Of a stretch of DNA of 58,365 nucleotides, positions 18,014 to 24,529 are shown piece after piece. A program made the position numbers and the translations under genes. The stretch comes from Acidobacteriota bacterium. Its GTDB lineage: Bacteria; Acidobacteriota; Thermoanaerobaculia; Multivoradales; J023. The notes under the pieces are model-generated. The model ran no database searches, had not been told where the DNA came from, and saw only the letters and a list, made by a program, of their open reading frames with translations. Location of the stretch: contig RFGL01000338.1 of NCBI GenBank assembly GCA_003697015.1, positions 1 through 58,365 on the forward strand, in the 5' to 3' direction. Within the stretch, counting starts at the first letter, position 1. Each line of letters begins with the position of its first letter.

Positions 18014-19161
18014 GCGCGCGGCGCGACGACCCGAAACGCCCCGGCGGCCCGCGCGTGCGGGTGGCGGTGGTCGACGATTCGACCTTCATCCGCAAGGCCC
18101 TCGAACGCATGCTGCGCGATCACCCGCAGATCGAGATCGCGGGCAGCGCCAGCTCGGGGGAGGAGTTGCTGGCCAACCTCGAGCGCTGGCGTCCCGACGT
18201 CGTCACCCTCGACCTCGACATGCCGGGGATGGGGGGGCTCGAGACCCTCGACCACCTGATGGCCCGCCGCCCCCTGCCGGTGATCATCATGTCGACCCAC
18301 AGCGGCGAGGGGGCACCCCTGACCATCGAGGCCCTGCACCGCGGCGCGGTCGATTTCATCGACAAGCAGCGCTACTCCCTGGTCGACTTCGCCGCCCTGC
18401 GAGCGGTCTTGCTGGACAAGATCTTCCAGGTCACCGGCACCGAGCTCCAGGAGGACGTCGCCGACGAGCCGGATGCGGCCGAATCGAGCACCGAGATCCC
18501 CAGCCTCGCCGACTGGGCCGAGCGCCGGGCCGCACCCGAGCCCCCGCCGTCGCGCTGCGCCTTCGACCTGATCGCCATCGGCGCCTCCACCGGCGGGCCG
18601 CCGACCGTCCAGGCCATTCTCGAGGACCTCGGTGCGTCGGTTCCGGTGCCGATCCTGGTCGCTCAGCACATGCCGGTCGGCTTCACCCAGGCCTTCGCCG
18701 AACGGCTCAACGCCCACCTGGCGCTGACCGTGCGCGAAGCGCAGGACGGCGAGCGCCTCCTCCCCAGCACGGTCTACATCGGCCCGGCGGGCCAGCACCT
18801 GCGGGTACGACGGGGGGACGAGGGCCTGCGCGTCGAGCTCGGCAGGCATCCGGAGAGCGCCGCCCACAAACCGTCGGTCGACGTGCTCTTTCGTTCGGTG
18901 GCGACGGCGGCCGGACGGCGCGCGATCGGCATCCTCCTCACCGGCATGGGACGGGACGGCGCCCGCGGCCTGGCGCGGGTGCGCGACGTCGGCGGCCATA
19001 CCCTGGTGCAGGACGAGGCGAGCTCGGTCGTCTACGGCATGCCGCGGGCGGCGGTGATGCTCGACGCCGCCCGCGAGGTGCTGCCGGCATCGCGCATCGG
19101 CCCGCGGCTGCGCGAGCTGCTGGCGCGCAGCGAGCCGGAGAACGAGGACGCCGGCGCCTAG
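18010..19161 (+). CDS. cheB: chemotaxis response regulator protein-glutamate methylesterase CheB
   Basis: The GTG at 18010 overlaps the cheR stop (GTGA). The receiver is VAVVDDS...VTLDLDMPGMGG. The methylesterase blocks are IAIGASTGGP, VAQHMP and GHTLVQDEASSVVYGMP. Confidence 0.85.
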   Translation: MSARRDDPKRPGGPRVRVAVVDDSTFIRKALERMLRDHPQIEIAGSASSGEELLANLERWRPDVVTLDLDMPGMGGLETLDHLMARRPLPVIIMSTHSGEGAPLTIEALHRGAVDFIDKQRYSLVDFAALRAVLLDKIFQVTGTELQEDVADEPDAAESSTEIPSLADWAERRAAPEPPPSRCAFDLIAIGASTGGPPTVQAILEDLGASVPVPILVAQHMPVGFTQAFAERLNAHLALTVREAQDGERLLPSTVYIGPAGQHLRVRRGDEGLRVELGRHPESAAHKPSVDVLFRSVATAAGRRAIGILLTGMGRDGARGLARVRDVGGHTLVQDEASSVVYGMPRAAVMLDAAREVLPASRIGPRLRELLARSEPENEDAGA

Positions 19162-20393
19162 TAGCCGGACTCGCTGGCGACCGCCACCGCCATGCCGTCG
19201 GCCAGCCCGGCGGGGGGATCGAGAATGACCAGCTCACCGGCCTGAAGCCCCTCCTCCACCGCCTGCCGGCCGCCCTGCTCCGCCCCCAGACGCACCGCCC
19301 GCCGCCGCGCCCTGCCGCCGGCGGCGACGAAGACGTAGGCCTCCTCGCCGTCGCGCCGTACCGCCGCCCGATCGATCCACAGGCGCGGCGCGGCCGCCGC
19401 CTCAGCCGCCGGTGCGGCGGCATCGAGAAACGACACCTTGACCCCCATGTCCGGCAGCAGGCGGGGGTCGAGCCGGTCGAAGGCGATGCGCACCTTGACC
19501 GTCGCCCGCTGGCGGTCGGCGGTCGGCACCGAGATGATCACCGACGCCGGGATGCGCCAGTCGGGGTAGGCGTCGAGCACCGCCTGCACCCGCTGCCCGG
19601 GCCGCACCCGGCCGATGTAGGCCTCGTTGACGTCGACCTCGATCTCCAACGAGCTCATGTCGACCAGGGTGCAGATGCCGGTGCGGGTGAAGCCGCCGCC
19701 GGCGGAGACCGGCGAGATCATCTCCCCGGGCTGGGCGTCCTTGGTCACCACGATGCCGTCGAAGGGAGCGCGGATGATCGTGTCCTCGACGGCCTGGCGG
19801 CGGACCGCGAGCCGCCGCTCGGCCACCCGCACCTGCTCGCGTCCCAGGGCCAGCCGGGCGCGCAGGGCGTCGGCCGTCGCCTGGTCGTCGTCGAGCTCGG
19901 CCTGACTGATCACGTCGCTCGCCACCAGCCGGCGGCTGCGTTCGAGATCGCGCTCGGCGTCGCGCAGCAGCACCTCGGTCTCCGTCAGGGACCGGCGCGC
20001 CGCCGCCAGCTCGGCTTCGGCCAGGGCCAGCTCGCGGCGGGCGTTGGCGTCGTCGAGCCGGGCCAGGATCTCACCCGCCTTGACCGGCGTGCCTTCCTCC
20101 ACCCGTACCTCGACGATCTTGCCGGTGACCTTGGACGACACCGTCGCCCGCCGCCGGGCGACGACGTAGCCGGTGGCGTCGAGCACCGTGGCGGCGCGGA
20201 GCGGGCGCTCCTCCACCACCGCCCGCGCCCTCACCTCGACCGCCCGCGGGCGGCTCCACCACCAGCCGGCGGCGAGGGCGGCGAGCAGCAGGACGAGGGC
20301 CATCACGACCACGGGCCCGCGCCGCCCCGGTGCCGGGTCCTCGTCGCGCCGCTCGATCCGCAACGCCTCGATCTTGCTCCGATCCGTCATCAC
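19158..20393 (-). CDS. efflux transporter periplasmic adaptor subunit (HlyD/MacA-like membrane fusion protein)
   Basis: It has an N-terminal TM segment, a lipoyl-like motif (ATGYVVARRRATVSSKVTGKIVEVRVEEGTPVKAGEILARLD), a coiled-coil hairpin and a beta-barrel. No pump gene is adjacent. Confidence 0.8.
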   Translation of the reverse strand: MMTDRSKIEALRIERRDEDPAPGRRGPVVVMALVLLLAALAAGWWWSRPRAVEVRARAVVEERPLRAATVLDATGYVVARRRATVSSKVTGKIVEVRVEEGTPVKAGEILARLDDANARRELALAEAELAAARRSLTETEVLLRDAERDLERSRRLVASDVISQAELDDDQATADALRARLALGREQVRVAERRLAVRRQAVEDTIIRAPFDGIVVTKDAQPGEMISPVSAGGGFTRTGICTLVDMSSLEIEVDVNEAYIGRVRPGQRVQAVLDAYPDWRIPASVIISVPTADRQRATVKVRIAFDRLDPRLLPDMGVKVSFLDAAAPAAEAAAAPRLWIDRAAVRRDGEEAYVFVAAGGRARRRAVRLGAEQGGRQAVEEGLQAGELVILDPPAGLADGMAVAVASESGY

Positions 20394-20463
20394 GCCTCCG
20401 CGCCGCCGACGCTACCAGGTTCGGCCCCTCTGCCGGCACCGCGCCGCATCCGCGCCGAAAAAA

Positions 20464-20629
20464 GGGTGGCACCCCCTCCCCGCCGGCCAAAGGGTGGCAC
20501 CCCCCTCCCCGCCGGCCAAAGGGTGGCACCTGCGCCCCCGGCCTCTCTGTCGGCGCCGCGCCGAAGGGTGGCACCCGAACCGCCGCGCCGAAAAAAGGGT
20601 GGCACCTGAACCGAGAAAAGGGTGGCACC
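20464..20629. repeat. array of six direct copies of A-tract + GGGTGGCACC in an intergenic region
   Basis: GGGTGGCAC starts at 20464, 20492, 20521, 20566, 20597 and 20620 (spacings 28, 29, 45, 31, 23). Each copy is preceded by 2-6 A. The core GGTG-G-CACC is a small palindrome. Copies 1-3 sit in a near-tandem 28/29-bp unit (copies 2 and 3 share identical upstream flanks). Copies 1 and 5 share a 23-nt identical flank (cgcgccgaaaaaagggtggcacc). Confidence 0.8.
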
Positions 20630-20672
20630 TGAATCCCGTTCATGTTATAGTCAGGTTGAACGGCGATTCAGG
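20628..20672. promoter_or_regulatory. 15/16-bp imperfect inverted repeat with an AT-rich 14-nt spacer (candidate operator or RNA hairpin)
   Basis: CCTGAATCCCGTTCA (20628-20642), spacer tgttatagtcaggt, then TGAACGGCGATTCAGG (20657-20672), with one bulged C. It lies in the lowest-GC stretch of the divergent region between the adaptor gene and the MBL-rhodanese gene. Confidence 0.45.
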
Positions 20673-20875
20673 CATAAGCAATGCTCATATAGGCTTGCGC
20701 GAATCCACAAAAACCAAGCGTTGGGCCGCAGAGTCTTGCTTCCCAGATTGCTGAGTCGAGCACGCGAACGGGCGCCTGGATGGAGGGTGACGGGGCGTTG
20801 AGGGTGCCGTAGCAGCGGACGAGGCCGGTCGTGGCCGGCGACCGGAGAGGGGATCCACAAGGCGAGGAGAGCACG

Positions 20876-22369
20876 ATGTTGTTTCGACAGATCGCCGACC
20901 AACGCCTGGGACAGTACAGCTACCTGATCGGCTGCCCGACGAGCGGCGAAGCGGCCGTCGTCGACCCGCAGCGCGACGTCGACCGCTACCTGGCGGTGGC
21001 CGAAGCCGCCGGCCTTCGCATCACCGCGGTGGCGGAGACCCACGTGCACGAAGACTTCCTCGCCGGCACCCGCGAGCTGGCCGCCCGCACCGGCGCCCGC
21101 GTCTTCCTCTCCGGCGAAGGCGGCCGCGACCACGGCTGGCGCGACGGCGAGACCACGCCGACCCTGCTCTCCGACGGGGAGAGCTTCGCCGTCGGCGGGC
21201 TCGACTTCCGCGCCCTCCACACCCCCGGCCCGACCGCCGAGCATCTCTGCTTCCTGGTGCGCCAGCGGACCGGCCTCGACAGCGAGGGCATCGGCGTGCT
21301 GTGCGGCGATCTCTTGACCGTCGGCGAGGTCGGCCGGCCGATGCTGTTGCCGCCGGTGGGAGCCGCCGCCTCGGCCGAGGCGATGCGCCTGCTCTACCGC
21401 TCCCTGTGGCGCATCCTCGAGCTGCCCGAGTACCTTCAGCTGTGGCCCGCCCATCGGCCGCCGCGATTGCCGGCGGCGGCGGTGACCACCTCCACCATCG
21501 GCTACGAACGCCGCAACAGCTATCCGATCCGCCTCGCCTCCCTCGGCAGCGACGTCTTCGTCGCCACCGTCCTCGAGCAACGCCCGGAGCCGCTGCCGCC
21601 CTACTACGCCCGGCTGAAGGAGCTCAACCGCGACGGCCCGGCTTTGCTCGGCCCGCTCAAGCGGCCGCCGGCGGCGACGGTCGCCACCCTGCGCCGGCTG
21701 CTGCGCGGCCACGACGCCCTGGTGCTCGATACCCGGTCGGATCGCAGCCGCTTCCTCCGCGGCCACCTTTCCGGCTCTCTCTACGCCCCTCTCGACCGGC
21801 GCTTCTCCACCGTCGCCGCGTCGCTGATCCTCCCCGACACGCCCCTCTTCCTGATCGTCGAGGAGCACGACGTCGAGGACGCGGTGCGCGCGCTCGTCCG
21901 CGTCGGCCTCGACCGCGTCGTCGGCTACGCCACCCCCGCCGTCGTCGCCGCCTACGCCGCCGGCGGCGGCCGCCTGGCGCGCCTGCCGAGCATCGGTTTC
22001 AGCCAGGCCGAGAAGCTCCACCAGCGCCACGACGACGTGCAGCTGGTCGACGTACGGCGCCGCGATGAGCACCGCAAGGGCTGCCTCGAGGGGGCGCTGC
22101 ACGTCCCCTACGCCCAGCTGCTGCCGCTGGCCGACGAGCTCGAGCGCGATCGCCGGCTGGTGGTCTACAGCGCCACCGGGGCGCGCGCGGCGGTGGCGGC
22201 GGCCTGGCTCGCTCGTCTCGGCTACCGCGTCGCCCAGGTCGAGGACGACCTCGCCCGCCACCTCGGCGGCGCCACCTCGGCGGCCGGCGAGGCGCCCCGG
22301 CGGCGCCCGGTGTCGGCCTTCCCGCAGCCAGCGGTCGAGCTGCCCCGGGCTCAGCTGGCGAGCGCCTGA
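20876..22369 (+). CDS. MBL-fold metallo-hydrolase fused to two rhodanese-homology domains (persulfide-dioxygenase-like architecture)
   Basis: The ATG at 20876 is preceded by GGAGAG. MBL blocks are SYLIGC, AVVDP, AETHVHEDF and LHTPGPTAEH. Two C-terminal rhodanese-like modules are LVLDTRS...GHLSGS and VQLVDVRRRDEHRKG...VVYSATGARA. Confidence 0.75.
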   Translation: MLFRQIADQRLGQYSYLIGCPTSGEAAVVDPQRDVDRYLAVAEAAGLRITAVAETHVHEDFLAGTRELAARTGARVFLSGEGGRDHGWRDGETTPTLLSDGESFAVGGLDFRALHTPGPTAEHLCFLVRQRTGLDSEGIGVLCGDLLTVGEVGRPMLLPPVGAAASAEAMRLLYRSLWRILELPEYLQLWPAHRPPRLPAAAVTTSTIGYERRNSYPIRLASLGSDVFVATVLEQRPEPLPPYYARLKELNRDGPALLGPLKRPPAATVATLRRLLRGHDALVLDTRSDRSRFLRGHLSGSLYAPLDRRFSTVAASLILPDTPLFLIVEEHDVEDAVRALVRVGLDRVVGYATPAVVAAYAAGGGRLARLPSIGFSQAEKLHQRHDDVQLVDVRRRDEHRKGCLEGALHVPYAQLLPLADELERDRRLVVYSATGARAAVAAAWLARLGYRVAQVEDDLARHLGGATSAAGEAPRRRPVSAFPQPAVELPRAQLASA

Positions 22370-22411
22370 GCTGCGGACGGCGGCCGATCCCCGCGATGGT
22401 AGCATCGCGCG

Positions 22412-23233
22412 ATGCCCGGCAGGCGCCTCGTCGCCGCCGGACCGAGCCGCGAGGATGCCGCCGTGAGAATCGTCTTACGCCCCGCCGACGACGCGATCGA
22501 CCTGCACTTCGACGACCGCACGGCGGCCGAGGGCTTCTTCCGCGACGTCCGCCGGCAGAACGGCTTCTTCGTTCATCTGGAACACAAGCTCAAGCAGTTT
22601 CAACGGCTCGAGGTGCGCGCCGCCGCGCCGGACTTCCGCTTCGACTTCACCGCCGAGGTGGTACAGCTCTTCCCCGGCCCGGCAACCTTCGGCACCGCGT
22701 TCCAGCTCTGCGGCTGGGACGATCAACGGGAAGCGGCTCTCGAGCGCGCCCTGGCCGGGGAAGCGGAGGAGCCCGGCGACGAGCCCGAGCGCCAGCGGGT
22801 GCTCTCCGACAGCGAGCTGTCGCCGATGTTCAAGATCAAGAAGATGAACGTCACCCAGCGTTTTCAGCTGGCGATGAAGGCGTCGCGCATCGAGCGGCAG
22901 ATCCTGGTCCGCGACACCTCGCCCCAGGTCCTCCTCGGCCTCCTCTCCCACCCCCGGATCGAAGACAAGGAGGTACTCGAGGTGGTGAAGTCCAACTACG
23001 CCTCGAGCGGCATCCTGCAACGGGTGGGTGAAAACCGCAAGTGGATGCAGAATCCCGAGATCCGCCTGGCGGTGGTCAGAAGCCCGAAGACGCCGCCGCA
23101 GCTGGCGATGAAACATCTCGACAGCCTCCGCACCCGCGAGCTGGGCACCATGGCCAAGGGCTCGTGGGTACGCGAGAGCCTGCGCAAGGCCGCCCTCAAG
23201 CTCTACCTGCGCCGCATCGGCCGGCCGCCCTGA
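22412..23233 (+). CDS. hypothetical protein; PilZ-like beta-rich N-terminus and C-terminal helical repeats
   Basis: Codon-consistent ORF. The N-terminal ~100 aa resemble PilZ-type domains by eye. The C-terminus has repeated P.I......V..NP.TP-like helical units. The start is uncertain (ATG at 22412, or the GTG near 22463 preceded by GAGGA). Confidence 0.5.
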   Translation: MPGRRLVAAGPSREDAAVRIVLRPADDAIDLHFDDRTAAEGFFRDVRRQNGFFVHLEHKLKQFQRLEVRAAAPDFRFDFTAEVVQLFPGPATFGTAFQLCGWDDQREAALERALAGEAEEPGDEPERQRVLSDSELSPMFKIKKMNVTQRFQLAMKASRIERQILVRDTSPQVLLGLLSHPRIEDKEVLEVVKSNYASSGILQRVGENRKWMQNPEIRLAVVRSPKTPPQLAMKHLDSLRTRELGTMAKGSWVRESLRKAALKLYLRRIGRPP

Positions 23234-23254
23234 GCCGGCGGGGTCGCTGGAAGT

Positions 23255-23291
23255 GGGTAACGCCTTACCCACCGCGGGTAAGGCGTTACCC
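23255..23291 (+). terminator. perfect 16-bp stem hairpin downstream of the preceding CDS (terminator-like, no U tract)
   Basis: GGGTAACGCCTTACCC (23255-23270), loop ACCGC, then GGGTAAGGCGTTACCC (23276-23291). It starts 22 nt after the stop at 23233. Confidence 0.45.
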
Positions 23292-23572
23292 GATCACGGT
23301 GGGGAAAACCCGCCAGACAAGGCCGTTTTTGCTCCCTTGCCATGGCATGACCTTTGCTCTTTCATCCCGCGTCCATCCTCCGATGGACCGTTGAGAGAGC
23401 GATCAGGAGCTGATCCACCAGCACCGGTCACCCATCGTTTCGGGGAGTCCCGGGTCAGCGAGGTGGCAAGCCCACCTGAGATCTTGTCGGCGTAGGAGGT
23501 ACTTTTTTTTCGCCGGGATCTCCCGGCTGCCCAACCCCCCGTCCCTGCGCCGGCTGCCGAGGGACCGCGCAG

Positions 23573-23613
23573 CCTCCGGAGGCCGCCGGCGGCGGCCTCC
23601 GGAGGGTTTGCTT
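23573..23613 (+). terminator. intrinsic-terminator-like hairpin with a short U-rich tail
   Basis: CCTCCGGAGGCCGCC (23573-23587), loop GGC, then GGCGGCCTCCGGAGG (23591-23605), followed by GTTTGCTT. It sits 66 nt upstream of the pcm ATG, so it could end an unannotated transcript or act as a leader element. Confidence 0.45.
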
Positions 23614-23678
23614 GGCCCGCCGCCGGCCCGCGGCCGTCGCGTTTCGACCTGCCTTCACCCAGCTGATACCATCCCCCC

Positions 23679-24449
23679 ATGCGCCGTTTCGCCGTGCTCG
23701 GGCTCGCGTCATGCCTGCTCGCCGGCACCTCGGCACGCCTTCCCGCCCTCGCGGCCGATCAGCCGGCAGCTGCGGAGGACCCGTACGTGGAGCGACGACA
23801 GGCCATGGTCGACAAGATCGCGGCCGAAGTGCAGGCCACGCGGCGCTACGTCGGCAAGGATCACCTCGATCCGCGGGTCATGGAGGCGATCGCCCGCGTA
23901 CCGCGCCACGAGTTCGTGCCCGGGGCCTACCGCTCGCGGGCCTACGACAACCGCCCGCTGGCCATCGGCCACGGCCAGACCATCTCCCAGCCCTACGTCG
24001 TCGCCCTGATGACCGACCTGCTGGAGCTCGAGCCCGGCGACGTGGTGCTCGAGGTCGGCACCGGATCCGGCTACCAGGCGGCGGTCCTCGCCGAGCTCGC
24101 CCGCCGGGTCTACACCATCGAGATCGTCGAACCCCTGGCCGAGCGCGCCCGGCAGACCCTCGCCCGCCTGGGCTACGACAACGTCGAGGTGCGGATCGGG
24201 GACGGCTACCGGGGCTGGCCCGAGCACGCCCCCTTCGACGCCATCATCGTCACCGCCGCCCCCGACCACGTCCCCCAACCCCTGATCGAGCAACTCGCCC
24301 CCGGCGGCCGCATGGTGCTCCCGGTCGGCAAGCCCTACGACACCCAGGACCTCCTGCTGGTCGAGAAATCCTCCGACGGCGAGGTCACCACCCGCACCAT
24401 CATCCCCGTCGCCTTCGTCCCCCTGACCGGCGACCACCAGCGCCCTTGA
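23679..24449 (+). CDS. pcm: protein-L-isoaspartate O-methyltransferase with an N-terminal signal/lipoprotein-like peptide
   Basis: RVPRHEFVP, GQTISQPYVVALM, VLEVGTGSGYQAAVLA, DAIIVTAA and GGRMVLPVG are canonical Pcm blocks. The N-terminus is MRRFAVLGLASCLLAGTSARLPALAADQ. Confidence 0.85.
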   Translation: MRRFAVLGLASCLLAGTSARLPALAADQPAAAEDPYVERRQAMVDKIAAEVQATRRYVGKDHLDPRVMEAIARVPRHEFVPGAYRSRAYDNRPLAIGHGQTISQPYVVALMTDLLELEPGDVVLEVGTGSGYQAAVLAELARRVYTIEIVEPLAERARQTLARLGYDNVEVRIGDGYRGWPEHAPFDAIIVTAAPDHVPQPLIEQLAPGGRMVLPVGKPYDTQDLLLVEKSSDGEVTTRTIIPVAFVPLTGDHQRP

Positions 24450-24529
24450 CGCCCCCCGGTCGCCCTCGCGCCGACCCGGCCGGTGACCCTCTCGGATCCC
24501 GCCGTGAGCCCGACGAACCGACGCGAGCC

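Noticed and set aside
20464-20629. CRISPR array, or sigma-54 promoters (the TGGCAC -24-like element is present in every repeat).
   Set aside because: The repeat core is only ~10-13 nt with irregular 10-35-nt spacers, and no cas genes are present, so it is not CRISPR. None of the TGGCAC copies is followed by a TTGC(A/T) -12 element at the required 5-nt-gap spacing.
20390-20643. Minus-strand ORFs (71 aa and the N-terminus of a 190-aa ORF) that translate the GGTGCCACCC repeats into VPPF/CHPF/GATL peptide repeats.
   Set aside because: Most repeat spacings (28, 29, 31, 23 bp) are not multiples of three (only the 45-bp one is), so the repeat changes reading frame from copy to copy. The composition is Arg/Gly/Pro shadow-ORF-like. 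The longer ORF also overlaps the real adaptor gene out of frame.
23504-23527. T8 run next to the GCCGGGA-tc-TCCCGGC hairpin as an intrinsic terminator.
   Set aside because: The T tract precedes the hairpin on the plus strand and reads as an A tract after it on the minus strand. The geometry is therefore wrong in both orientations.
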